In this document: positions 31,466 to 42,566 of the stretch, in pieces
Numbering within the stretch: the first letter of the stretch is position 1
How the letters are laid out: each line of letters begins with the position of its first letter
NCBI GenBank assembly: GCA_019058445.1
Contig: JAHPZA010000001.1
Coordinates: 141,439-205,438 of the forward strand
Direction: 5' to 3'
Length of the DNA stretch: 64,000 bases
From: Promethearchaeota archaeon
GTDB lineage: Archaea > Asgardarchaeota > Lokiarchaeia > Sigyniarchaeales > SOKP01
Notes under the pieces: generated by a model
The model's input: the letters and a program-made list of their open reading frames with translations, nothing else
What the model was told of the DNA's origin: nothing
The model's database searches: none
Made by a program: the position numbers and the translations under genes

Positions 31466-32566
31466 TTAAATAGCATCGGGACCAACAGTTCTTATTAATC
31501 TTTTCATATCATCTTCTTTTTTAGCAAATATGCCTATATTTCCGATCCTAACTTTCTTTAGACCTAATTTTTTTACTGCTTTATATGTATCTAAAATTTC
31601 GGTTAAAGTTGGTGGTCGAAAATCTTTTAATTTGTACTGCGGGAAAAATGCTAAAATGTGGAAAGGTATATTCTCATCTATTTCTACTATTAACTGTGCT
31701 ATCTTCTCAAATTGCTCAATTTCAACCAAATCTGGAATATATACTGTAAGAATCTCTAAGATAAAGTTACGAGATAGGATTTCTTTAGGACTTTTCAATA
31801 CAGATTTATTAGAAGTACCACATAATTTTTTATAAATATTTTCATCAAAAGCTTTAATATCTAACCAATAGGAATCTAAACCGACTTTTTGCAATAGATC
31901 TAAATTTTTTGGAGTTAAACCATATCCATTGGTTTCTAATAATACCCATATATTTTTACATATCCTCTTGATTTTTTGGCTAGCTTCAGCATAAAAGTTT
32001 GCTTGGCATGCAATATCTCCTCCTGTAAATGCAACTATATTCCTTGCAGGTCCGATTCCTCCTTGTGAAATAACAATCTGATCTTGGGAGATTTTATTAG
32101 GACAGAGCGGACTCCTCTTATTAAATAAGATGCATGCTCCGCAGTGTTTGCACGAATCAGTCGCATAATACATTAAAGCTCTTTCTCTGGGTTCCCATAC
32201 TGTGACTGATTTTTCGTATTCTTCGCATGCGAGGGCTATCTCATCTGTGGAATACCATTCCCCAGAATAAAATTTACTAAATTCCCATGAGTGACATTTT
32301 AAACAGTTATGATTGCATCCAGATTGGTAAATCGAGAAATAATCTTCGGGTCGTGATAAATGCATCGATTTTATTAACCTATAATAGGTATTATTTTCAT
32401 ACTTCAGAGTTGCCACGCAAGCTGGTTGAATAGTATTATCTTTTAATGTGACCTCACATGCACCTTGAGGATAGCCCTGTTTGACCATATTGCAGTACGA
32501 AAATGAATTTTCCATGACAGTAAATTGTTGTATAATTATTATTTTGTCGATACAAAAAATGATCAT
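31466..32566 (-). CDS. Radical SAM protein, PFL-activase-like
   Basis: GCNHNCLKC, FTGGD, ETNG. Confidence 0.82.
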   Translation of the reverse strand: MIIFCIDKIIIIQQFTVMENSFSYCNMVKQGYPQGACEVTLKDNTIQPACVATLKYENNTYYRLIKSMHLSRPEDYFSIYQSGCNHNCLKCHSWEFSKFYSGEWYSTDEIALACEEYEKSVTVWEPRERALMYYATDSCKHCGACILFNKRSPLCPNKISQDQIVISQGGIGPARNIVAFTGGDIACQANFYAEASQKIKRICKNIWVLLETNGYGLTPKNLDLLQKVGLDSYWLDIKAFDENIYKKLCGTSNKSVLKSPKEILSRNFILEILTVYIPDLVEIEQFEKIAQLIVEIDENIPFHILAFFPQYKLKDFRPPTLTEILDTYKAVKKLGLKKVRIGNIGIFAKKEDDMKRLIRTVGPDAI

Positions 32567-32606
32567 ATTTGAATGGAAATTAATCTAATATAGATAAAGA
32601 GGTTAA

Positions 32607-33275
32607 TTAAAAGTTATCATACTTTTCCATGTCTTCCAATTTATACACGCCAAACCGCTCTGTCCTTTTTCTTCTTAATGTTTCCCATCCTGCCCTAGTT
32701 CCTTTAATGCATAATTGGGTTTTGTATATCTTCATTATCTCGTATAATTTTTCACGGTATTTAGCGATATTTATTTTGATTTGTTTTTCTTTAGGAGACA
32801 CTGAATAATAAACGTAATATTCTGCATCCAATTCAAGCTCCTTTCCGGCAGTTTTGGCGATTATATGGGTGGCTTTATGATCGGGATGGCTTTTTATATC
32901 CCCCGGTAACACTATCCGGTTTGCATCCTTAATGATTTCTTTGGATAAGGAGACTGCTAAATCTATGTTATTCATAGCGTCTTGATCATGTATTTTTAGG
33001 AGATGAACGTTATCCGGTAAAAGGCCTAACGCACTTGCCGCATCTTCAGCCTCTTTAAGAGCAATATCGGCAATTTGATTTTCATTGAGATCTTTATATT
33101 CATCTATTTCCCCAACAACTAATTCATTCGCTTTTAAACCCCATGAGATTAAAACTCTATTGTCGGTCACATAAATAATATGGACCTCCTGTTTTTCTTC
33201 TATCCATTTTAATATACTTCCACCACATCCATAAATTTCATCATCAGGATGGGGTGCAAACACTACAATTTTCAT
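32607..33275 (-). CDS. PIG-L/LmbE family deacetylase
   Basis: APHPDDE and HPDH. Confidence 0.9.
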   Translation of the reverse strand: MKIVVFAPHPDDEIYGCGGSILKWIEEKQEVHIIYVTDNRVLISWGLKANELVVGEIDEYKDLNENQIADIALKEAEDAASALGLLPDNVHLLKIHDQDAMNNIDLAVSLSKEIIKDANRIVLPGDIKSHPDHKATHIIAKTAGKELELDAEYYVYYSVSPKEKQIKINIAKYREKLYEIMKIYKTQLCIKGTRAGWETLRRKRTERFGVYKLEDMEKYDNF

Positions 33276-33397
33276 GATTTATTGAGTAATATTTCTTTAG
33301 AATGATCTTTAAAATTTATAATGATTTTTAGATATTAGGAAGTTTTAATTTAAAAAGAGAAGATAGTATATATTGTAATTCTATTCAGAGTTATAAC

Positions 33398-34390
33398 ATG
33401 AAACCGATTTTAGGCATTTTATTAGGAGAAGCTACAGGTATAGGTCCTGAGGTTGTATCTCAAGTTTGTGCTAAACATGAAATATTAGCTTATTGTAAGC
33501 CAATTTTGATTGGGGATCTTCGTGTATTAAGGGCTGGTATGAATATATCTGGCATAGATTTTACTGTTAATGTAATTGATGATATTAAACAAGCTGATTG
33601 GACGGATTCTATTCCAATTTTAGACCAAAAAAATATTGATCCTGCTAATATTAAGATGGGTCAGATAGATGCAAAGTCGGGTAAAGCAACTGGTGAATTA
33701 TTTGAAACCGCATTAAAACTTTTTAATAATGGAGATATCCACGGCTTTACTTTTGCTCCCTACAATAAAGCCGCATTAGAATATGGAGGATTTGATATTT
33801 TTAAGCTATTTGCCCGTAATTTGAAAGTAAATTGGCCTTTTGGTGAATTAAATACAGTAAATAATGTATGGGTTTCAAGAGTCACGAGCCATATTCCATT
33901 AAAAGATGTTTCAAAACGTTTGACTGTTAAAAATATTGTTGGTGCTATAAAACTTGTCAATGACACAATGATTTTAACGGGTATTGATCAACCTCGAATA
34001 GCTGTAGCTGCATTGAATCCCCATGCTGGAGAGGATGGATTATTTGGAAAAGAGGAAATTGAAGTAATAATCCCCGCGATTGATAAAGCAAATGAAGAGG
34101 GGATTAATGCAAAGGGTCCTTTTCCAGCAGATACACTTTTCATGAACGCATTTAAGGGATTATATAATGGAATTACCACAATGTACCATGATCAAGGGCA
34201 AATTGCTCTTAAATTAGTGAATTTTGAATCAGCAGTTACGGTTGTAGCTGGTTTGTCCTGCCCGATTACAACTCCCGCACATGGAACTGCGTTTGATATA
34301 GTTGGAAAAGGGGTTGCGGATCCTAGTGCGATGCAAAATGCGATTAAAATCGCAGCTGAAATGGCAATTCACATGTCAAAAAATTTCTGA
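33398..34390 (+). CDS. pdxA: PdxA-family dehydrogenase
   Basis: GIGPE, LNPHAGE, PADT, YHDQG, HGTAFDI. Confidence 0.9.
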   Translation: MKPILGILLGEATGIGPEVVSQVCAKHEILAYCKPILIGDLRVLRAGMNISGIDFTVNVIDDIKQADWTDSIPILDQKNIDPANIKMGQIDAKSGKATGELFETALKLFNNGDIHGFTFAPYNKAALEYGGFDIFKLFARNLKVNWPFGELNTVNNVWVSRVTSHIPLKDVSKRLTVKNIVGAIKLVNDTMILTGIDQPRIAVAALNPHAGEDGLFGKEEIEVIIPAIDKANEEGINAKGPFPADTLFMNAFKGLYNGITTMYHDQGQIALKLVNFESAVTVVAGLSCPITTPAHGTAFDIVGKGVADPSAMQNAIKIAAEMAIHMSKNF

Positions 34391-34407
34391 AGTTTGAGGG
34401 GTATCTA

Positions 34408-34914
34408 ATGGTTGAAAGAGTGTTAGTTATAGGGGATACTCATATTTCAAAATTTAAGGATCTACCTGAAAAAATGATACAATTAATTCAAGACGCAGAT
34501 TGGGTGATTCATGTAGGTGATTATACCTCTATCGATGTATTATTAGGATTTATTAAGCTTAAAGGGCCAAAATTCAGAGGAGTATATGGAAATGCAGATC
34601 CTATGAAAATCAGAGAGCGAGTATTGGCAAAAGATATTATAGAGATATCCCAAAAAAGGTTAGGAATTACTCATCCAGCAGCGGGAGGTACATATGAAAA
34701 TACCAAAAAAAAAGTGATCAAAGCATTTAAAGATTATGAAGTAGATGCCATAATCTACGGACATACTCATGACCCACTTATTGAAGACTGTAATGGGATC
34801 TTATTAGTCAATCCAGGAAAAGGTTATTTAGAAGAAAGTTATTTTGGATCTCCAACTTCAGTGGCGATCCTTACTATAGAAAAAAGAATTTCAGGAACAA
34901 TTGAGATTATTTAA
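34408..34914 (+). CDS. YfcE/Vps29-family metallophosphoesterase
   Basis: GDTH, HVGD, GNAD, GHTH, NPG. Confidence 0.9.
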   Translation: MVERVLVIGDTHISKFKDLPEKMIQLIQDADWVIHVGDYTSIDVLLGFIKLKGPKFRGVYGNADPMKIRERVLAKDIIEISQKRLGITHPAAGGTYENTKKKVIKAFKDYEVDAIIYGHTHDPLIEDCNGILLVNPGKGYLEESYFGSPTSVAILTIEKRISGTIEII

Positions 34915-35062
34915 TTATTATGCATATTCTCCAGCGTATTTTAAATCGATCTTTTGACAAAATTTTCGATTTTAAGGGTAATTATAAAAAGTTTAAAAAC
35001 TGAGAAATCGTAATATGTGTATAAATAATATTTTTAATATAAAAAAAAAGTGAATTTGAAAA

Positions 35063-35773
35063 TTGCTCTCTCTAATCGGTTGGCTTGATGGATTAACTGC
35101 ATTGATAGTCGTTTTAATCGGAGTAATAATTGGATTGATATCTATTTATAAATCAGTTAAAATGGAAGCTAAGCTATTACGTATTACAGGAATCGCTACT
35201 TTGTCTGCAGGTTTTACACTATTAGGACCAGCAGTAGACTTTCTTACAATTTTAATGACTGGGGATAATATCGAACCTTATTGGTTATATGGGCTATTAA
35301 GTTACATGTGGAGTGCTCCCCTAACCATCTCTGGGCTGTATGTGGGTGCAGAGCTAATTTTACCCGATAAAAAGAAAGTCATAATAGCTATATTTACTGT
35401 GTTATCCTTGATTTTTGAAGTTTTACTATTTTATTACACTTTTACAAATCCTCATTTAATTTACGAATTTCCCCCGGATCCTCAAGGAAATGCTTTATTA
35501 AACACGAGTCTTGTGATTAGATCTCCAGTATTTATTTTATTACTGATTTTTCTTATTTCAGGACTTATATTTAATGGATTTGGTTTTTTAAATAAGAGCT
35601 TTCAATCTTCTGGTGAAATTAAAAGGAAGTTTTTTTATTTATCATTGGGTTGGATATTATTTATTGTTTGTGGGGCATTGGATGGTTTAATTGATCCTGG
35701 TGTGGCAATTTTTCTTATTAGAACTGGAACAATGATAAGTATAATTCTAATGTATTTAGGTATTAAATCCTAA
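35063..35773 (+). CDS. ~7-TM membrane protein (paralog of 36240-36944)
   Basis: Seven hydrophobic segments; N-terminus MLSLIGWLDGLTA. Confidence 0.8.
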   Translation: MLSLIGWLDGLTALIVVLIGVIIGLISIYKSVKMEAKLLRITGIATLSAGFTLLGPAVDFLTILMTGDNIEPYWLYGLLSYMWSAPLTISGLYVGAELILPDKKKVIIAIFTVLSLIFEVLLFYYTFTNPHLIYEFPPDPQGNALLNTSLVIRSPVFILLLIFLISGLIFNGFGFLNKSFQSSGEIKRKFFYLSLGWILFIVCGALDGLIDPGVAIFLIRTGTMISIILMYLGIKS

Positions 35774-35826
35774 TACCTATCCTAATCCAAACTACAAACC
35801 CTTTTTTTTTATTACTCAAAATGTTT

Positions 35827-36042
35827 TTATTTTAGGCTTTCTGAGACAACAACAATTTCTGAGGTAGGAATATGATATATACATTCAGTATACTCAGTTT
35901 TCTCTCTTAAAGTCACAACTTCATTTGTGAGAGTTTCCAATATTCCAGAAAACCAGCTTCTCTCACTCAAATCTCTTACATACACCGAAATTTTCTTCGT
36001 TTTTAAATTTTCAAGTATTGATTTTATAACCATTTTGATCAC
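35827..36042 (-). CDS. Small Sm/LSm-like fold protein (tentative)
   Basis: ISVYV..FSGIL..VVTL..HIPTSEIVVV beta pattern; GGTGA SD-like motif at the start. Confidence 0.5.
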   Translation of the reverse strand: MIKMVIKSILENLKTKKISVYVRDLSERSWFSGILETLTNEVVTLREKTEYTECIYHIPTSEIVVVSESLK

Positions 36043-36239
36043 CTAATCAATTATTTATTTTTTGATATCAAATTGCCATTAGATAAGATTCAAATATCTT
36101 TAATTAATCTATTTGATCTCTTTTCATTTAAAAATCAAAAAATAAGGATGGATGATTAAGGTTTTCCTATAAGAATTGCTTTATTTTTATAAAAAACAAT
36201 AATTAAAAATTAGAAAAAAATTGGAGATTATTATCTATT

Positions 36240-36944
36240 TTAGTCTTTTAAACCAACATACATAAATAATGGTCCACTAATATACCCGATTCTAATGAAA
36301 ATCAAAGCAAATCCCGGTTCTGTTAAAGATTCAAATAGACCAAATATAGCATACAAAAATATCCCTAAAGAAACTAATAAAAGTTTCTTTCTTACGTTTC
36401 CAGTTGCTTGTAAAGCCTTGATTAAGAAGCCTATTCCTAAAAAAACAATTAGGGAGATAATAAAAATTATCATTAAAAAGCCAGCAGGAGACAGTAATAC
36501 TAAATTATAATCTATTAATGCGTCTCCAGATCTCTTGGGGTATACAAAATTAAAAGAATTCATCGGATTCGCGAAAATCGCGATTTCGAATAAAATCATT
36601 AATACAAGGTAGATAATCGTGATAATTCTTTTCTTTTCTGGTAACATGAGTCTTGCGCCCATATGCATACCAAGTACGACGAGGGGCGCGATCCATATGT
36701 AACTTAATAGACCTACTAGACCATATATATTTTGTATATTTTTTCCTGACAAAATAACTATTAAAAAATCTAAAAATACTCCTAGGAAAGCAAGACCCGC
36801 TAAAATTACAAGCAATCCCACGTAAAATAGAAGATTAGCATCAATTTTTTTTGATTTGTATATAAAATAGAGTCCAAATATACATCCGAGTATTACTACA
36901 CCTGACGCTGTTAATCCATCGATCCAGCCTATTGTAGATAACAA
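36240..36944 (-). CDS. ~7-TM membrane protein (paralog of 35063-35773)
   Basis: N-terminus MLSTIGWIDGLTA; shared GLLSY.W.AP and IR.G motifs. Confidence 0.8.
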   Translation of the reverse strand: MLSTIGWIDGLTASGVVILGCIFGLYFIYKSKKIDANLLFYVGLLVILAGLAFLGVFLDFLIVILSGKNIQNIYGLVGLLSYIWIAPLVVLGMHMGARLMLPEKKRIITIIYLVLMILFEIAIFANPMNSFNFVYPKRSGDALIDYNLVLLSPAGFLMIIFIISLIVFLGIGFLIKALQATGNVRKKLLLVSLGIFLYAIFGLFESLTEPGFALIFIRIGYISGPLFMYVGLKD

Positions 36945-37444
36945 TTAATTTTCACCCATTTTAATTTTATTTTCTAACGATAGATCTCACTCAGTTATAA
37001 ATTTATTTAATAAATTATTAATCTCATTAGTTATTTAAATATACGCTTTTTAAGTTCTTTTTATTTTAATTTTAGGTTAATTTGTTAACACATATATTAA
37101 ATTCATAACATAAAATGAAAAGAATTGATTACTGATAATTTAATTCATTCCAAAATGATAAATCGTCCTGTTTATAAATTTAATTCAGAAATAAACAGCT
37201 TAGTTCTTTTGATGTAATTTTTTGATAATCAAAAGTTCCACAATTTTTTTGAATTTAAACCATTTTTCCTCGTCAATTTCACCACTTAACCGGGTATTTC
37301 GCTTCGTTTGTTGGTTAAAATATACAACATTACATGGAACTTTATTTTTTGATATCATATGTTCATATTGAAAATTAACTATAAAAAGAAAGAAATTTTT
37401 CTTCTGTGACCCTATTAAATCAATATTTTAAGAGAAGTAGAGAT

Positions 37445-38608
37445 TTAAAGTAATGAAATGAGTTCTGATAATAAATTGTTGAGATCAATGACATTAATAT
37501 CATACCTGTTCTTTTCTACAACTGATTTATATTGATATTCACAAAATGGGCAAGCAGTTAAAATGGTATGTGCTCCAAGCTCTTTGACTTCCTCTAATCG
37601 CTGTATTGTAGTTTTTTCAGCTAACTCAGGATACGCAGATCGAACTCCCGAACCGGAACCACAGCAATTTGAGTCTTCTTTAGTTTGATTAAACTCTGCA
37701 TAAGGAAGTTGGATTGCATCTAAAATTGCCCTAGGTTCATTATAAATGCCCAACCCTCTAGCTAAATGACAAGGATCATGCCAAATAATGGGTCCTTTTA
37801 TGGTAGTTTTTAATAGTTCGTTAATTTTTGATTTTAAATCTCCTAGTTTGGATATTTTATCAACAAGGTATTCTGAGAAATGTAAAAGTTTCGTGTCTTC
37901 AAATTTTTCTTTTAATTCCGATTTATATATCTCTTTAAACGCCGTTAGACATCCAGGACATGTGAAAATTATCTGTTTAGGAATATTTTCTCTTATTTCA
38001 TTTAACATCGAATTAGTAAGATCATATAATAGTTCATTATGTCCGGTACGATATAAAATACCAGAACAACATGTTTCATTTTTCAATACTTTAATATTTT
38101 CTCCTAATTTTTCAAATAGTTTTAGGGTGTGTAATGCTATTTCAGGTATTCGATAAATAGCCATACATCCTGGGTAATATATTGAATCAGCATTTACATT
38201 TCCTTTCAAATTTGGCCATGAAGCGTCTCTTGGTTGCGTTTCTCCAAATGGATTTCCATGGTTTTTTATATTCTCAACAATTTTTTTATGTGCTTCAGGA
38301 TAGTTGTCAGCTTCAACTAATTTCTTTTTACCAAGATATATAATAGAGGGAACATCTACTCCTGAGGGACAAATATATTCACAATGACCGCACCCTGTAC
38401 ATGAAAAAAGGCGTTCTTTTGCTAATTCACTATTCTGGAACCTTAAATCTGGATCTTGCATTATAGCGTGGACGATGGAGACCTTTCCTCGAGCAAAAGA
38501 ACTTTCCCATCTAGTATCTTCATCATATCCCGGACACTCCATATCTTTGGGACAAAATCCACATAAATTACATTTCCATATTATACCAAGTAATTGTTTT
38601 TCTCTCAT
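37445..38608 (-). CDS. Fe-S oxidoreductase with CCG domains (GlcF/HdrD-like)
   Basis: CTGCGHCEYICP, CCSG, HDPCHL, CCGSG, ACPFC. Confidence 0.9.
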   Translation of the reverse strand: MREKQLLGIIWKCNLCGFCPKDMECPGYDEDTRWESSFARGKVSIVHAIMQDPDLRFQNSELAKERLFSCTGCGHCEYICPSGVDVPSIIYLGKKKLVEADNYPEAHKKIVENIKNHGNPFGETQPRDASWPNLKGNVNADSIYYPGCMAIYRIPEIALHTLKLFEKLGENIKVLKNETCCSGILYRTGHNELLYDLTNSMLNEIRENIPKQIIFTCPGCLTAFKEIYKSELKEKFEDTKLLHFSEYLVDKISKLGDLKSKINELLKTTIKGPIIWHDPCHLARGLGIYNEPRAILDAIQLPYAEFNQTKEDSNCCGSGSGVRSAYPELAEKTTIQRLEEVKELGAHTILTACPFCEYQYKSVVEKNRYDINVIDLNNLLSELISLL

Positions 38609-38625
38609 AGTAAACTCTTTTCTAT

Positions 38626-40107
38626 TTAATTTGAAAAAATCGCAAGTTTATTTATTGAATACATTTTACCGGGATTTAAGATGTTGTTAGGATCAAAAAT
38701 AGATTTAATTTTGCCCATAAGTTCTACAACTTCCTCCCCTAATACCGTACCTAAATAGGGGGCTTTCCAAATTCCGCATCCATGTTCCGCCGATACCGAC
38801 CCCCCTAGGGATGTTGCTAATGTGACTAATTGTTCTTGAAGATCACCCATTTTTTGAACATCTGCTTTAGATTTTAATGTTACAGTTGAAATAAAATGAA
38901 CATTACCATCTCCTAAATGCCCCATACGAGTAAAAATCAAATTATGAGATCTCATAATTTCCCCAAACTGTTCCATTAAATTATATATCTTGCTATAGGG
39001 AACAGAAAAGTCTAAAATTGCCGGAATTAGGGAAGAAGGATTCTTTTCAGGTCTTCTAATTCGTAATAATGAGGGTCCTGCCCCATCTCTTGCTTTCCAA
39101 ATGTATTCATGTTCAAGACCTCTCAGAATTTTTATATCAGATGCGTGTTGATTACGTGAGAATAAATTTTTAATACGATTAGCATAGTCTGAGGTAGTTT
39201 TCTCATCCCCATCTAAACGGACTAATATTGCAGCCTTAGCTATTTTTAATACCATTTTGGGAGTTAATCTAGATAAGTATGAATTCATCCCACTTAGTAC
39301 TAATTGGTCAACCATTTCTATTGACATTGGAATTATCATTTCTTTTATTTCTTTTGCTATTTGAACAGCTACTTCAATGGAGTCAAAATATCCTAGAATA
39401 GTTACGAAACTTTCTGGAAGAGGTAAAAATTCTAAAGCTGCCTCGGTTATTACCCCTAAAGTCCCCTCAGATCCTACAAAGAGACTTAATAAATCCAAGC
39501 CAGCTACAGTTTTTTTCACTTGGCGTCCAAGTTGGACTTTTTGACCAGTACCTAAAATAGTTTTCAGATTTAACACATAATCTTTTGTTGTTCCGTATTT
39601 TATTGCTGATTCGCCTGAAGCATCATTGGCTATCATTCCACCAATGGTGCACACGTCTGCTGAACCCGGATTACAGGGTATCCAATAACCTCTACCCGTA
39701 TTTCTTAAAACTTTACCTAAATCTTTATATAACACTCCCGGTTCTACAATTGCATAATTATCCTCAGTGTCAATTTTAATAATATGATTCATCCGAGAAA
39801 AATCTAAGACAACGCCTCCCTCGATCGGAAGAAACTGGCCCCCATAACTTGTCCCGGCCCCTCTTGGTATAATTTTTAAAGATTCTTCATTTGCCAAATC
39901 TATAATAGATTTAACTTGGTCAGCATTATCTGGTTTTACCACGAGATCTGCCATAATTCGATAATTATCATCTACCCAACTAAGAGCCCGAGAAACTAGA
40001 TCATGGGAATAACAATAGAGCTCAACAGGATCATCTGAGAGATATTTATCTCCAACAATAGTTTTTAATTTTGCTTTAATTGAGGGTTCAATCATGATTA
40101 TACTCAA
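38626..40107 (-). CDS. FAD-linked oxidase (GlcD/D-lactate dehydrogenase family)
   Basis: PRGAGT, GSEGTLGVIT, GHLGDGNVH, AEHG, DPNNILNPGK. Confidence 0.92.
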   Translation of the reverse strand: MSIIMIEPSIKAKLKTIVGDKYLSDDPVELYCYSHDLVSRALSWVDDNYRIMADLVVKPDNADQVKSIIDLANEESLKIIPRGAGTSYGGQFLPIEGGVVLDFSRMNHIIKIDTEDNYAIVEPGVLYKDLGKVLRNTGRGYWIPCNPGSADVCTIGGMIANDASGESAIKYGTTKDYVLNLKTILGTGQKVQLGRQVKKTVAGLDLLSLFVGSEGTLGVITEAALEFLPLPESFVTILGYFDSIEVAVQIAKEIKEMIIPMSIEMVDQLVLSGMNSYLSRLTPKMVLKIAKAAILVRLDGDEKTTSDYANRIKNLFSRNQHASDIKILRGLEHEYIWKARDGAGPSLLRIRRPEKNPSSLIPAILDFSVPYSKIYNLMEQFGEIMRSHNLIFTRMGHLGDGNVHFISTVTLKSKADVQKMGDLQEQLVTLATSLGGSVSAEHGCGIWKAPYLGTVLGEEVVELMGKIKSIFDPNNILNPGKMYSINKLAIFSN

Positions 40108-40261
40108 TATATTTCTTAAAACGTAAATTTATTCAAAATCCAAATTAATAAGTACCAAAATTAATTCTTCATTTAAATTATTACCATTAATCCTCTGTAA
40201 AAAAATAGAAAAATAATAGAATATATGAGAGTATAGACATAAATTTAAAAGGTGATAGAAA

Positions 40262-40861
40262 TTGAAGGAGAATGAATTGGATTATAAAGAATTAGAACCA
40301 GAGATAAAAGTATTGGAGAAAAAGGGATTTTTGATTCTCATACAACTTATTGGATGGGCACTTTTCGGATTCTGTGTATATCGATGGATAACTTATTTTT
40401 TTATATATGAATATTATAGGTCCCTTACACATACTACATATCTTACTTTAATCATAATAAGTCTTACGTGCATTAATAAATTTGAGTCTCCTCTTTTAAA
40501 TTCTGCGGCAAGTATGTCCTTTTTGCTTTTCATTATAGTTTCAGTAATATTTGTATCATTAGCAACCGATATATTCACTTTTATCGATGGAGTTGTATTA
40601 CATGGCGCTATTGCTGCATTTCAAATGTATATACTACTCAATAAAAAGATCGTAGTCAGTAAGAAATATTTATTATGGAGCTTTTTACTTTACTTAATTT
40701 TTATAAGTTCTTACGATAGTTTCGCCCGCATAATTGCCGCTATTGACATGAATGAAGAAACATCAAGCATTAAAATGACCGTTCAAATATTTTATGCTTT
40801 ATGCATTAGTACGATGCTAGTGTATGTTATTAAGAAGAAATGTGGAATTTTGTTTCCCTAA
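40262..40861 (+). CDS. Membrane protein
   Basis: ~6 hydrophobic segments; GGTGA SD upstream. Confidence 0.7.
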   Translation: MKENELDYKELEPEIKVLEKKGFLILIQLIGWALFGFCVYRWITYFFIYEYYRSLTHTTYLTLIIISLTCINKFESPLLNSAASMSFLLFIIVSVIFVSLATDIFTFIDGVVLHGAIAAFQMYILLNKKIVVSKKYLLWSFLLYLIFISSYDSFARIIAAIDMNEETSSIKMTVQIFYALCISTMLVYVIKKKCGILFP

Positions 40862-40871
40862 GAAAGATATT

Positions 40872-41321
40872 TTAAGATGTTTCAATTTTTTTTTTGTAGC
40901 AAGAACAACAATAAAATTGTAGTAGAGGATTTATCCAATATCTCATTAATGCCTCTTGTGAAAAGTTTTTATTAAAAGAAGAGCAACTGCATTCTAAAAA
41001 AGTTATCTCCTTCTCGCAATCTATACATTTTCTTTTTAAATTATATGCATGTTTAAAATCAACAAGGCAAGAGGGACAAAATACTTTATGTTTCAAATTT
41101 TTCCAAGTTTTTGAGATATCAATATCTGGGATAAATTTGAATTGGTCTTTATTGTTTAATATGTTAAAGAAACTCTCTACAGGATTATTATATGAGCTTA
41201 AGTAGTGATAGACATTTTTAAATTCATTAAAATAGAATCTTTCATGACAAATCGAACAAGAACGGCTCTCATTTAGAGAAATTTTATTGTTTTTCTTTTT
41301 TGAATGGATTAGACTTTTCAA
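40872..41321 (-). CDS. Cys-rich zinc-finger protein with internal duplication
   Basis: CSIC..CPSC..CIDC..CCSC; repeated RxCxxC..W.N..F/YCxxC unit. Confidence 0.6.
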   Translation of the reverse strand: MKSLIHSKKKNNKISLNESRSCSICHERFYFNEFKNVYHYLSSYNNPVESFFNILNNKDQFKFIPDIDISKTWKNLKHKVFCPSCLVDFKHAYNLKRKCIDCEKEITFLECSCSSFNKNFSQEALMRYWINPLLQFYCCSCYKKKIETS

Positions 41322-41498
41322 GATTTATCCTTTAGTTTTGTCTGGTTTGGAGCTCAAAATTTAAAAGGTTTTTTTTAAATTTCTATCTTCTCATATAAAA
41401 ATTTTCATTTAAAACTTTATGGATATCTTTTTATATCGAATACGCTTATAGTTGATAATTTAAAAAAGAAAACTGGGTTTATTGCTTTAAGATTTTGA

Positions 41499-42392
41499 CT
41501 ATAAACCCCACATATTATCTATCTTTTCAGCTAATTTATCTTGAATGAGAATAATTTCAGTATCAAAGTAATTTTTTACAATATCTATTATAAATTTGAA
41601 ATATGGTTTACTTATTTTTATGAAATGAGTATCTTCTAAATATCGTATTGCTTTTTTCGCTTCTAGTGGACGGCTTATATCTTGTTTATTATAGAATTCG
41701 AATAATTTATGAGCTAGTGTATAAATTTCTCTAATTTTATCTCTTAAATTCTTTAAAGCTAAATTTGAATCACTTTCTTTAAAGAATTCTTTAATAAATT
41801 CTTGTTCTATTTTTAATTCATTTATGTTTAGTGATTTTTTCATCCTTCCAGTTATTCTTTTACCTTCTAAGACTAAATATTCCGTATAATGTTTTTTACT
41901 AACCTTATATGTCTCTTTTGTATGGATTAAAATGTGGGCATCGAACGATTTTTGAAAAGTATAATCGAAAAAATCAAATAATGTATCTTTAAGATATTCA
42001 AGATTATTATCTATTACGATCAAAATTCTCTTTTTAATTAAGCTCCCTCGAATTGCATAAATTAGAATTTCAGGTCTAAGATTCATCTTAATCTCAAACA
42101 CATCAATATCTTGAGGTTTAAGTTCTGGAGTAAGGTCGATCTTAGGTTCTATATCGTCTAATAAAGCATCTAATTTTTGATAGCCTCTTACTTTAAGATG
42201 TTTATCAATAAACGGTACAAATGCATGATCGCACACTCTTCCTGTGGGAATAAATAAACTGGTCAATTGTTTTGACTGGTCAATTATACGCATAGGAATA
42301 TTGACAATTTTTTTTGAGCGACAGATAGGGCACACAATCTCAACATTTCCCCACACTTCAGTTTCTATATTACTTTGTGTTTTAACAGCCAT
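41499..42392 (-). CDS. Hypothetical protein with N-terminal CPIC..CxH..DKxxKVRGYQ zinc domain
   Basis: Domain shared with 46990-47637. Confidence 0.75.
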   Translation of the reverse strand: MAVKTQSNIETEVWGNVEIVCPICRSKKIVNIPMRIIDQSKQLTSLFIPTGRVCDHAFVPFIDKHLKVRGYQKLDALLDDIEPKIDLTPELKPQDIDVFEIKMNLRPEILIYAIRGSLIKKRILIVIDNNLEYLKDTLFDFFDYTFQKSFDAHILIHTKETYKVSKKHYTEYLVLEGKRITGRMKKSLNINELKIEQEFIKEFFKESDSNLALKNLRDKIREIYTLAHKLFEFYNKQDISRPLEAKKAIRYLEDTHFIKISKPYFKFIIDIVKNYFDTEIILIQDKLAEKIDNMWGL

Positions 42393-42566
42393 ATATCATT
42401 TTGATCCATTTTTTGTTATGTATTGCTAATTCACCTAAAAAAACTAAACTTTTTTTTTAGATTAAACTTTATTTAGAAAAAATTTTGATCCAATAAGCAA
42501 TATAACATAAGATTGATGGACAAAAAAATAATTAAAAATAAATGATTGAAATTGCCGTTTATCAGC

